A stretch of DNA of 64,000 nt from Candidatus Moanibacter sp. (GTDB lineage Bacteria; Verrucomicrobiota; Verrucomicrobiia; Opitutales; UBA2987): the NCBI GenBank assembly GCA_965215885.1, contig CBDCEW010000105.1, forward strand, positions 128,001 to 192,000. Reading direction: 5' to 3'. Positions within the stretch are counted from its first letter, which is position 1. Each line of letters opens with the position of its first letter. The notes under the pieces were generated by a model that ran no database searches, was not told the DNA's origin, and saw nothing but the letters and a program-made list of their open reading frames with translations. Shown in pieces: positions 20,525-30,275 of the stretch. The position numbers and the translations under genes are program-made.

Positions 20525-21253
20525 ATGTTGAAGTCGCCATACCTCCTCTCGCTTCTCCTGACGTTTCCGTTCGCGCTGCCGGCCCAGTCCCCCGAAGTCT
20601 TCTTCGGTGAAGCGAACGAAGCCTACAGCAGGGGTGAGTACGAGAAGGCGATTGGACTCTACCAAAGAGCCTTGGAAGAGGCCGCATCGGCCGCCCTTCA
20701 TTACAATCTTGGGAACGCCTTCTATCGCACCGGTCAGAGTGGTCCAGCTATCCTGCATTTCGAAAAGGCCCTCGCACTCGATCCCACTAACCCGGAAGCC
20801 CTCGCCAACCTCTCCTTCGTTCGTGAGGCCGCGGAACTTCCCCTACCGGAATACGGCCCCCTCACCCGGTTTGCCAGCCTTCTACCGCTTAACACCTGGA
20901 TCTGGCTACTCGCCGGCAGTTTCTGGAGCGCCCTCGCGTTCACTATAATTCCCAAGCTCTACGGCGGTGGGGATTTCTTTACGCGTACACTGCTCACTGC
21001 CGCAATTCTCCTGATTCTCGCGGCATCCACCGCGCTTATAGATTACCATAAGAGAAGCAGAGCGAGCATTATATTAAACAATGATACGCCACTTCTGGTG
21101 GCTCCCAGCTCCCAGAGCCCGGAAGCCGGTTACCTCCGCGCGGGAGAACTCGCCACGATTGAAAAGCAACACGAGGATTACTACTTCCTTAATCTAGATA
21201 ACGGAAAAACCGGCTGGGTGCGCCACACCGAGATTGGTAGGATTTGGGAGTAG
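20525..21253 (+). CDS. batE: BatE-like TPR + SH3 protein
   Basis: ANEAY…YNLGNAFY TPR, two TM segments, C-terminal GKTGWV. Confidence 0.85.
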   Translation: MLKSPYLLSLLLTFPFALPAQSPEVFFGEANEAYSRGEYEKAIGLYQRALEEAASAALHYNLGNAFYRTGQSGPAILHFEKALALDPTNPEALANLSFVREAAELPLPEYGPLTRFASLLPLNTWIWLLAGSFWSALAFTIIPKLYGGGDFFTRTLLTAAILLILAASTALIDYHKRSRASIILNNDTPLLVAPSSQSPEAGYLRAGELATIEKQHEDYYFLNLDNGKTGWVRHTEIGRIWE

Positions 21254-21344
21254 CCCGCTTTTTGTGGCCGGCAAGCAGCAACGCTGGGGAAAACGCGTCT
21301 TGCCACAATACGGTCCCCGGGAATTTGTGAGAAAAGCGGGCTAG
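21251..21344 (+). repeat. MITE family B with ends TAGCCCGCTTTT…AAAAGCGGGCTAG
   Basis: Terminal inverted repeat; begins on the batE TAG, shares CTAG with the adjacent family A copy; homologous to 4017-4098. Confidence 0.75.
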
Positions 21345-21522
21345 CCCGAACATTTCACACACTTCGCGGCGAGACAGCGTAGATCGCTGCGTATCAGGGC
21401 CTTTCCGCAGATCGGCGGGCGACAGTGTGTTGGAACCCTCTGAGGTCGCCGAGCAAGGGAAGGGGTTGAGACGCAGTGATATCCGTGGTCGTAGCAGAAG
21501 GTTTGTGAAATTTTCGGGCTAG
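21341..21522 (+). mobile_element. CTAG-bounded hairpin MITE family A, copy 1 (182 bp)
   Basis: CTAGCCCGAACATTTCACA…TGTGAAATTTTCGGGCTAG; four copies in the window. Confidence 0.85.
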
Positions 21523-22949
21523 ACGAGTTCCTCCGGGTTGTAGCGTCGCACGCCGCGGAACTGAGCCCGGAGTTTCTCGTCCAGGATTTTGCGAGTTGAG
21601 TCGGGAAGTCGTGCGACCAGATCCTCAAGACGAGGCATCGATTCTTCATCGGCGCATTCTTCAGGCGGAACTGAGTCAACCTCCTTCCTCTTCGCCGCTT
21701 CTCCGCTATGATCAGGAATCGAAGAGGGGCCACCCGCTTCAGTGGTCACCGGTTTTTCCGCGGCGACAGGTGATTCCGCCTTTTCCTCTACCCCTACACG
21801 TACTTCACGCGTTTTTTCTTCCGGGGAAACCTTGGGCAGGCCCGAAGCGATACCCGATAGTTCCTTGATAAGCGAGTCGATTGCGCGTCTACGACTCGCT
21901 TCCACAGCCTTAAGAAGGGTAACCTCGAAATTCACTTTTTCGCTCAAACCCATCTTGACCGAATACTCGCCCGCCTGCAAAGTATCGAGCATACGCATAA
22001 GCGATTCAGTCGTGAGAGGGTGCCCCAACTTATCGGTCGTGCCGCTCTCTCTGATGGCAAGAAGCAAGGCTTGGCGTATGAAGCTCTGCAAATCAACCAA
22101 GACCCGGTATAGATCCCGACCTTCGAGGGCCAACTCCTCTATGAGCGTGATGAGGACTCGATACTGCGCCGTAGCCAACGCTTTGGCGATCGCTTCGATG
22201 CGGTCCGGCGAGGCCAACCCATAAACGTCCAGCACATCTTTTTCCGTAATCGAGTCGCCGCAAAAAGAGATCATCTGATCGAGGATAGACTGCGCGTCAC
22301 GCATTCCTCCATTGGCCAGGCGGGCAATGGAATAGACCGCATTCCTTTCCACTTTGATATTTTCAGTTTCTGCAATCTCGACGAGTCTCTTTGCAATCAC
22401 ATCATCGGGAATGGGCCGAAACTCAAATCGCTGACAGCGCGAAACGATAGTTGGCAAGACCTTATGAGACTCCGTTGTGGCAAAAATAAACTTAACATGT
22501 GAAGGCGGTTCCTCAAGCGTCTTCAGGAGGGCGTTGAACGCCTGGTTCGACAACATGTGGACCTCGTCGATGATGTAGATTTTGAAGCGACACTGGGCCG
22601 GCGCATATTGGCAGTCCTCGCGAAGGTCTCTCACCTGGTCTACTGAATTGTTTGAGGCGCCGTCGATTTCAATCACGTCCATACAGTTACCGTTCATTAT
22701 CGATTCGCATAGGGGCGAATCGTTAGGAGGACTGATGGTGGGACCCTCTTCGCAATTGAGCGCTTTCGCGAAGACGCGTGCACAACTCGTTTTGCCCGTG
22801 CCACGGGGACCTACGAAGAGATAAGCGTGACCGATTCGCTGACGGCTGATGGCATTTTTTAGAGTACGGACGATATGATCCTGACCAACCAGCTCATCGA
22901 ACTGCCGCGGACGCCAGCGACGGGCGATGACTTGGTATGCAAGATCCAT
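21519..22949 (-). CDS. dnaX: DNA polymerase III subunit gamma/tau
   Basis: [25 protein letters not shown] and SRCQRF motifs; start set at MDLAY because the longer ORF overlaps ffs. Confidence 0.95.
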   Translation of the reverse strand: MDLAYQVIARRWRPRQFDELVGQDHIVRTLKNAISRQRIGHAYLFVGPRGTGKTSCARVFAKALNCEEGPTISPPNDSPLCESIMNGNCMDVIEIDGASNNSVDQVRDLREDCQYAPAQCRFKIYIIDEVHMLSNQAFNALLKTLEEPPSHVKFIFATTESHKVLPTIVSRCQRFEFRPIPDDVIAKRLVEIAETENIKVERNAVYSIARLANGGMRDAQSILDQMISFCGDSITEKDVLDVYGLASPDRIEAIAKALATAQYRVLITLIEELALEGRDLYRVLVDLQSFIRQALLLAIRESGTTDKLGHPLTTESLMRMLDTLQAGEYSVKMGLSEKVNFEVTLLKAVEASRRRAIDSLIKELSGIASGLPKVSPEEKTREVRVGVEEKAESPVAAEKPVTTEAGGPSSIPDHSGEAAKRKEVDSVPPEECADEESMPRLEDLVARLPDSTRKILDEKLRAQFRGVRRYNPEELV

Positions 22950-22962
22950 GGATGGAAAAATA

Positions 22963-23060
22963 CGGCCAGGCACCCTACGGCACACGGAGATCCTGGCTAC
23001 CGTTGCTCCCTTCCGGGCCTGGCGGAGTTCACCGGTCGTCCGTTGCATAGGACCCGGCCG
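22963..23060 (-). ncRNA. ffs: Signal recognition particle small RNA (4.5S)
   Basis: Conserved GCCAGGCCCGGAAGGGAGCAACGGTAGC core, closing stem CGGCCGGG…CCTGGCCG, directly upstream of dnaX. Confidence 0.9.
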
Positions 23061-23093
23061 CAATTATGATGCCAGCGACAAAAAGTACCTGAA

Positions 23094-26000
23094 TCAATCA
23101 CTAATTTCAGGCGCCAGTGCCAGGCGAAAGCCCAATGAATTCCCTTTGGAGGTCAATCGCACGCGTTGGCGCGACGCGGACCGCGCCTGGTGCGCGAAAT
23201 CCTCCCACCCACCGCCACGGTTAACCCGATCGCTGCTCTGCCGATTCTCCACCCAATCCGTCTCCCTCCCCCCCGGTAAACGCGAGTTGAAATTATCCAG
23301 ACAAATCTCGCGCACGTTTCCATGCATATCGTAAAATCCGAAATCATTCTCTTCGTAGCTACCCACACTCGTGGTGCCGTAGATCTTCTTCCCTTCAGGG
23401 AGCGATTCGCTGTATTCGCGCGGATATCCCCCTTTGAAGTTACCCATTGAGGGAGCCGATTTTTCGCCGAATTGGAAAGGAGTCGACGTTCCTGCACGGC
23501 AGGAATACTCCCACTCAGCTTGTGTGGGCAGGCGATATTCATAGCCCTCCGGCAAGCGACCCGCCTTTCGCTCCTGCACAGTAATCTTTCCACAGAATTC
23601 GACGGCGTCTTTCCAGGATACACGTTCTACCGGGTGTCGGAGGCCCTTAAACTCGCTCGGGTTTGTATTCATAACCGCGCGATACTCCTGTTGAGTCACC
23701 TCATACTTTCCCAGCCAGAAACCTTTCGTTAACACCACGGTTGTCTGCGGACCTTCTACCGGCAATCGCGCCTGCTCCGTAGGAGGACTTCCCATTCGGA
23801 ATTCGCCTGGGTTAACCCATAGCATGTCAGTGCCTACATACGGCACAAACCACTGCTTGCTTTTTTCGGGACCCGGAATCGGGACAAGCTTCACTTCGAG
23901 GTTCCGCCGCTCATTCGGACCAAATTTCATGTTGCGTTTCGCAGTCAAATGGTCGCGCACTCGAATTTCGAGTTCATGGTTCACCCCGGAAACAAGCGAA
24001 TATTCGTCATTCTCACCTTCTACAACACGTCCATCTGCCACCACCTTATAGGGCAACGACACATTGAGTTTTACGGTGAGCTTGCCGGGTCGCGGTTTCA
24101 GATCAACTTCAACGGTTGTTTTGCGTTGATCGACAACTCGCACACGATCCCGCCAGATTTCGTAATCGGGGTGCTCTATCTCGAGATCCTGTGTTCCTGC
24201 AAGAACCTTGGGAATAAATCCAACGACTCCATAAACTGTTTGCCCGGCAATTCGAGTAGTGATTCTCGCCTTTTCCGCATCATTGATCGCTTCACCGTTG
24301 AGCTCCACCTGAGTGTCAACGGCGCCCATTTTTCTGACGAGATCGCCGAAATCGAGAACATCGTCGAATCCCGGAGGCAATGTGATGACGCGAGCTTTTG
24401 TGCGGTATTCCTCCAGCGACACGGAAAACTTCATTTCCGCCCCCACTGTTAGTTCCTCCAGAGACAGCGGAGTGATTCCGGCATCACGACCATCTACTGA
24501 GACTCGCGCTCCTTCCGGTTGAGTGACTATTCTCATCTTTCCCGGAATCGGATTCAGCTCAATTTCCTGCTTTACCAGTTGATCTGTGGGAAGAACCAAT
24601 TCGGCCACCTCCGCCGGTTCATAATTCTCCCGAATAACCTCCATCCGGTAAGTACCGCTGATATTGTCTCCTCGACCCGCAAGAGTCCATCCTCAGGGAC
24701 CGGGCCAAGGTCAATTCCAGCTTCCTTACCCCGCGTCATCACTATGCGCGCACCGGGCACCGTCTTCACTTCAAACAGTGCCCAGGATGGCTTCAAAGCA
24801 AGGGCGACGCGCAATAGTTCGTTTTCCACTTTTATGCTGATAGTGCGCGGGAGGTGATTTTTTGCCGACACCTTGACTTCGAATTCCATACGCGGCATTA
24901 CCACCTTTAACTTCCCGTCCTGCACAACAAAACTGGATTCTCCACGCCCGAAAAAGACGACTCTCGCCTGTGCCGGCTTAAGAGTCATATCCACCATCGG
25001 TTCCTGGCCCACTTTGACACGTTTCACTATGGGCCCTTGAGCCACTTCCGCTTCGGAGAATATTATGGTATAAAAGACGCTGGCCAAGCCGATGACTATG
25101 GCGGCGAACAGCCCTATGATCCCCAATCGAAAGTACTTGAGCTTCTCGGGATCGAGCCTCCTCGAAATCTCCTTCGGAACCGGGATCCTTTCAATCTGCG
25201 CCGCAATTCCCGCTTCATCGCTCGGCGCTTTGACGGCGATCTTATCGACCCTGCCGACATCATTTTGAAAGGCGTTTAGATTTGCGTAGCGATCGCCGGG
25301 AGCATCTTCCAGACACCTTCCCAGGACTTCATCCCAGCCGGGTTGAATAGCTGCTGAATATTGCGAAGGAGGAATCTTATCCACCGTGGGCTTATGCCCG
25401 GTTAAAAGAAAGTAGCCGCTCACACCAAGTGAATGAATATCCGAGCGCAAGTCCGGTTCCCCACCCTCCCGAACCTCGGGACTCAAAGTGTCGCCGGTGT
25501 TAATAATGACCTTTCGGGGTCCCATCGTGATGGGCGGAATCTCAGAGGCGAGGATATCGGAAAGCAATTCCGGGCCAACGATTTCGAGTATTCCAAGACC
25601 TACGATCTTGATTGTCCCATCTTCCTGCCGAATCAGTTTCGTAGGATCAAGATTGTGATGAAAGATCTTGGTACTGTGCGACGCCTTGATGCCTTCGATT
25701 GTTTGCCTGAGGATTTCCTGAACCTCACTGGGCGGTAACCCGAATGCCTGATCGGGCAAAAAGTCGACCACCTGGCCTCTCGCTGCGCCTCCCGCCGCAT
25801 TAGGATCAAGTGCCCCGGCTGCCCGTAGCTTTTTCTGGATTATCTCCTCCATGTACTCCTGCAGGTTGATCCCTTCAATCGGCTCCATTAGAAGGCAGGG
25901 CTGATCTTTTATCTCTTCATACCCGGTAACTGTCGCAATATTGGGATGAGTGAGATGGGTAAGTAAAGTGGCATTGCTCTCATATCGTTCTTGGAATCCC

Positions 26001-26302
26001 TCCCTCTCTTTTGCCACGATTGGCAACACGGCTACCGTTGCCTCGTGAAATTTTATGATATGCTGCATTCGATAAATGCCCCCCAGCATACCGAAGCTCA
26101 AACAGCTGAGCACTTGGTAATCGCCGAACTTCTCACCCGGCGTAAGGTACTCACTTTCTGCTATCAACGGCGCTCCTGTGCTTCCACCCTCCGAGTGAGC
26201 ACCAACCGAGCCTTCACTTCCTTCCGCGGAAACGCCTTCCGGATTTTCTTTGTTATCTTGCGATTCAGATCCCATTGCGCTGGCAGTTGTAGCAGTTCTC
26301 AA
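23094..26302 (-). pseudogene. Ser/Thr kinase-like + TM + PEGA + FGE-sulfatase (SUMF1) protein split by a frameshift near 24657
   Basis: ORF 24572..26302 (kinase fold, TM) and ORF 23094..24644 (PEGA, RLPTQAEWEYSCRAG, DMHGNVRE) join if one G is restored in gcggtact (…ISA-GTYRMEV…). Confidence 0.7.
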
Positions 26303-26407
26303 ATGCCGTGTCGTTCACCCTTGAGAAATCCCAACCCGAAGAGCGACTTCCTGAATGAAAGTCCAAGCATTATTATTGAAACGGCGTTCAGTGTGCTTCG
26401 AACAATA

Positions 26408-26467
26408 GACCTTTAATAGCAAAGCATTAAGTGGACTGACCTTTAATAGCAAAGCATTAAGTGGACT
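26408..26467. repeat. 30-bp perfect tandem duplication
   Basis: gacctttaatagcaaagcattaagtggact x2. Confidence 0.95.
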
Positions 26468-26550
26468 GGCAAGTTTTCAAAATAGAAAATAAGTGATTAC
26501 TTGAAATTGGCCTGGCCGAGGGCCTGCCGGACCTCAAGTCCAACAGATTC

Positions 26551-27099
26551 CTAAAACTGGCCCGCGATGGCATCAATCACGTAATCGATGCTGCTCAGTT
26601 TGCCTTTTCCCTCATAGCCGCATGCGAGAAGACCCTCGTCCGTCTCTAGTATTACGTGCCCTCTATCTTTCAAAATCCTGAGATTTTGCCGCGTCGCCGG
26701 ATGATCGAGCATCTTTCCGTTCATGGCAGGCGCAATCATGACAGGTGCATGCGTTGCAAGGTAGATTGATGTCAAAAGATCAGGCGCAAGACCATGGGCA
26801 AAGCAGGCAATGATGTTTGCTGTAGCGGGCGCTACGACCAGGAGATCGGCGCGATCCGCAAGGTCAATATGGCCGGGTCGCCAACCCACTCCTTCCTCCC
26901 AAAGATCGACACCTACAGGATTGCGGCTCAAGGTCTGAAGCGTCATCGGCGTAATGAATTCAGTCGCTTCACGAGTCATTACGACATTTACTTCAGCTTC
27001 CATTTTTACCAGCCCGCTGGTAAGATCGGCAGCTTTATAAGCTGCGATCGATCCCGTAACACCGATCACGATCGTCTTACCTGCTAATTTCTCCGACAT
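26551..27099 (-). CDS. coaC: Phosphopantothenoylcysteine decarboxylase (stand-alone flavoprotein domain)
   Basis: GVTGSIAAYKA, HIDLA, APATAN, PAMN and LACG motifs. Confidence 0.88.
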   Translation of the reverse strand: MSEKLAGKTIVIGVTGSIAAYKAADLTSGLVKMEAEVNVVMTREATEFITPMTLQTLSRNPVGVDLWEEGVGWRPGHIDLADRADLLVVAPATANIIACFAHGLAPDLLTSIYLATHAPVMIAPAMNGKMLDHPATRQNLRILKDRGHVILETDEGLLACGYEGKGKLSSIDYVIDAIAGQF

Positions 27100-27286
27100 G
27101 GCTTGTTTTCTTAGGAAGGAACCTATCTATCTCAAATAGTAGCCCGTTGACGATCAAGAAATATGGTTCTGTTCCTCAGTTGGGAGTGTTTCGATTGGGG
27201 ATTTTCAATAAACCCTCTTCCCAGAGATTGCTTCTCCGGCTTGACAAGCAGTTCGAGAGGAACTTAAATACAATGAAAACACTATA

Positions 27287-27346
27287 ATGAGCAGCCTCCG
27301 GCCATTTCATTCAGCGCTTAGCGCTCTGCTGCGACTTCTCCCCTGA
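27287..27346 (+). promoter_or_regulatory. Putative leuA leader peptide MSSLRPFHSALSALLRLLP
   Basis: 19 codons with 6 Leu (4 of the last 6), 157 bp upstream of leuA; TTGACA at 27241. Confidence 0.65.
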
Positions 27347-27503
27347 GGGGGAGGAATTTATATTGTACATATTATTGTGTTGTTGGCCGGATTCCTATGC
27401 GTCGTTTCAGGACGCACCTGCCCGCGAAAATCACTCCGGCTTCTCGTTGGTTTTATTTAATATTCGTTTAAACAAAGTCGTTAACTATCTTACCTGAAGA
27501 AAA

Positions 27504-29237
27504 ATGCAAAAAAACCCTGCCACGAAGTATCGCCCCTTTCCGACCGTCGATCTGCCGGACCGGCAGTGGCCCAACCGCGTCATCGATACTGTTCCAATCT
27601 GGTGCAGTGTTGACTTGAGAGACGGCAACCAGGCCCTCGCCATTCCGATGAACGTCGGAGAGAAGATCGAACTCTTCCAGGCTCTTGTCCAGATTGGCTT
27701 TAAAGAAATTGAAGTCGGATTCCCTTCCTCATCGGATACGGAATTCGAATTCACACGCCAATTGATTGAAGATGGGCTCATCCCCGATGATGTCACTATT
27801 CAGGTGTTGGTGCAGGCACGCGAACATCTGATTCGCCGTACCTTTGAATCTATCCAAGGAGCCGGACGTGCTATCGTCCACCTCTATAATTCCACAAATC
27901 CTCTACAGAGAAGAGTCACTTTCGGGAAAAGCAGAGAAGAGATAAAAGCGATTGCGGTCGATGGAACAAGACTCATTCGGGAGTTGGTGCCCACAATTCC
28001 CCAAACCGATGTGCGTTTCGAGTATTCACCGGAGAGTTTTTCAGACACAGAGCTGGAATTCTCCCTCGAAATCTGCCAAGCGGTCATGGAAGTATGGGAA
28101 CCGACGGAGGAAGAGCGGATCATATTGAACCTTCCCGCCACCGTCGAATTAGCTACTCCGAACGTTCATGCGGATCAAATAGAGTGGTTCTGTCGAAACA
28201 TGAAGGAGCGTGGGAAAGCAATAATCAGCCTGCACACGCATAACGATCGCGGGACCGGAATCGCCGCGACCGAATTGAGCCTGATGGCGGGAGCCGAACG
28301 CGTCGAAGGCACTCTCTTCGGCAATGGTGAACGTACCGGAAATCTCGACATCGTGGTAGTCGCGCTGAACATGTACTCGCAGGGGATCGATCCCAAATTG
28401 CATCTCAGCGGCTTGAACGCAATCCGGAGAACCTATGAACGGTGCACCCGAATGATCGTTCATGAACGCCACCCTTATGCCGGCGAACTGGTCTTTTCCG
28501 CATTCAGCGGTTCTCACCAAGATGCCATAAAGAAGGGAATGGACAAGATTGATTCTCCTTCCAATTGCCTATGGCAAGTCCCTTATCTTCCCATGGATCC
28601 GGAGGACATCGGACGTACTTACAAGGCGATCATCCGCATCAACAGTCAAAGTGGAAAGGGTGGAGTAGCCTTCATTATGGAGCGCGAATTCGGAATTGAA
28701 ATGCCCAAGAACATGCACCCGGAATTCGGCGCCGTGGTCAACCGGATTGCCGACGCGAAAGAAAAAGAACTCTCCGCTGAAGAAATCAAGGAGGCTTTTT
28801 TCAGTGAGTATTTGAATCTCAACTCTCCCTTGTCACTCGAATCCTACCAGATCAAGACAGAGCCGGACGACCACAGAAATATCACTTTTTTGGCGAATGT
28901 CATTGATCGTGGTAAGAAAAAGCACATCGAGGGTACCGGTAACGGGCCCATTGCCGCCTTCGTCAACGCGCTCGAACGTGAAAATCTGAAAAACTTCAAA
29001 GTCGCGGACTTCAGGCAACATGCTATTAACAAAGGATCGTCCGCCGAAGCCGCTACTTACCTCGAAGTCGAGCGTGTTCATGACCAGATGAGCTTTTGGG
29101 GTGCCAGTATCGACGGAAACATCGAACTGGCGGGTCTCAAAGCATTGGTCAGCGCCTACAACCGCGCCAATAGGGAAATCTCTCCAATAAGAGAGAAGGC
29201 GCTCGTCTCCGCCGAGTCAGGTCCGGCCGAGGATTAG
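27504..29237 (+). CDS. leuA: 2-isopropylmalate synthase
   Basis: DLRDGNQAL, HTHNDRG, GNGERTGN and RINSQSGKGG motifs. Confidence 0.95.
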   Translation: MQKNPATKYRPFPTVDLPDRQWPNRVIDTVPIWCSVDLRDGNQALAIPMNVGEKIELFQALVQIGFKEIEVGFPSSSDTEFEFTRQLIEDGLIPDDVTIQVLVQAREHLIRRTFESIQGAGRAIVHLYNSTNPLQRRVTFGKSREEIKAIAVDGTRLIRELVPTIPQTDVRFEYSPESFSDTELEFSLEICQAVMEVWEPTEEERIILNLPATVELATPNVHADQIEWFCRNMKERGKAIISLHTHNDRGTGIAATELSLMAGAERVEGTLFGNGERTGNLDIVVVALNMYSQGIDPKLHLSGLNAIRRTYERCTRMIVHERHPYAGELVFSAFSGSHQDAIKKGMDKIDSPSNCLWQVPYLPMDPEDIGRTYKAIIRINSQSGKGGVAFIMEREFGIEMPKNMHPEFGAVVNRIADAKEKELSAEEIKEAFFSEYLNLNSPLSLESYQIKTEPDDHRNITFLANVIDRGKKKHIEGTGNGPIAAFVNALERENLKNFKVADFRQHAINKGSSAEAATYLEVERVHDQMSFWGASIDGNIELAGLKALVSAYNRANREISPIREKALVSAESGPAED

Positions 29238-29290
29238 GCCAACTCACGGCAGGCGGATTTCCCGACAATGAGATAACGTTTAACTTGGTA

Positions 29291-29495
29291 ATTCCCCGTA
29301 GCTTGCTACGGGGTGCTGACTTGACTGTATTGTCATCGTGCGCGGAGCGCCCGATCCACCAGTAGCAAGGATGCTAGTGGTGGAACGGCCCCTCCGGGGA
29401 CGTTCGTATCAACTTCGAGTAAAGCATAGGCAAGTTCTGCACAAATGGCGAAAGAGTTAGATACCCCGTCCGCGGCAAGCCGGGACGGGGAGTGT
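29291..29495. repeat. Element bounded by oppositely oriented GC hairpins (REP/IS200-IS605-end-like)
   Basis: ccccgtagcttgctacgggg at 29294-29313 and ccccgtccgcggcaagccgggacgggg at 29464-29490. Confidence 0.55.
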
Positions 29496-29523
29496 TCATT
29501 TGAGATTGAAACTGGCTTGGTAG

Positions 29524-29615
29524 GAACCCACCCCTGTCCCCTCCGAGGGAGGGGATCTTTTCAATCGGTCTGAGTTTTTTTAAATCCCCTCCTGGGAGGG
29601 GACAGGGGTGGGTTC
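29524..29615. repeat. REP-like inverted doublet
   Basis: Perfect 21-bp IR gaacccacccctgtcccctcc / ggaggggacaggggtgggttc, each arm with a cccctcc-N3-ggagggg hairpin. Confidence 0.8.
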
Positions 29616-29648
29616 TTAAGAATCAAGATTCCGAGATCTTTTCTCGTC

Positions 29649-30275
29649 CTACTCCGCCTCCATCATCCCCCTGATCGCTTCAGAAATCTGGCCCCCCATC
29701 ACGGCTAATCCCCTGTCCAGGGATGCTACAAGGGCAACGAAGCTCCGCCCGTCCCAACTTTTGCTGAAATCGGTCGATCCATGAGTAGTGGGTGTGGGCT
29801 TGGCTGCTTCCGTATCTCTGATCATCCATTTCGCCTGAACTTCTGCGTTGTAAGTGGATTCGTCACCATCAAAACGCAGAATTTCGACCTCCACCACATA
29901 GTCCGGACTCGTCTTATCTGGCCAGGGAAACCGCACCACTTCCACCTCCGAGAGTGACTCCGCCAGATGTCCGGCCAAGTTTCGACCGATCGCCACATCG
30001 AGTTCCTCACCCCACCTGTGATAATCGGATTGTACCACTTCGTGATCTCCTTTCCGAATCACGATTTTGGATGAATTCAAGTAGGCCGGAAAATTGATCC
30101 TCCGAATACCGACGCTTAGCGTCTTTTCACTTCCTGAAGATCCCATTGGAGAAATCTCCTTAAGGACAAATATTCGAGTAGGATCTTCCTGTGGATCAAG
30201 GTTGATACATCCGCCCGCGGCTATTATGAAAAGGACCAAAAAAGAAAACTTGGAATATCCAACGATTCGTCTCAT
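29649..30275 (-). CDS. PqiC-like ABC auxiliary lipoprotein
   Basis: Lipobox AGGC, PAYL…HRWGE, RFDG motifs. Confidence 0.85.
   Translation of the reverse strand: MRRIVGYSKFSFLVLFIIAAGGCINLDPQEDPTRIFVLKEISPMGSSGSEKTLSVGIRRINFPAYLNSSKIVIRKGDHEVVQSDYHRWGEELDVAIGRNLAGHLAESLSEVEVVRFPWPDKTSPDYVVEVEILRFDGDESTYNAEVQAKWMIRDTEAAKPTPTTHGSTDFSKSWDGRSFVALVASLDRGLAVMGGQISEAIRGMMEAE

Noticed and set aside
20090..20687. Several overlapping ORFs of 69-142 aa
   Set aside because: They are translations of heptamer and other repeats (NIEHRTSN-like), with no domain signal
22950..23063. N-terminal extension of DnaX in the ORF track
   Set aside because: It overlaps the SRP RNA; homology starts at MDLAYQ (22949)
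26408..26467. CRISPR array
   Set aside because: Only two adjacent units, no spacer, and no cas genes
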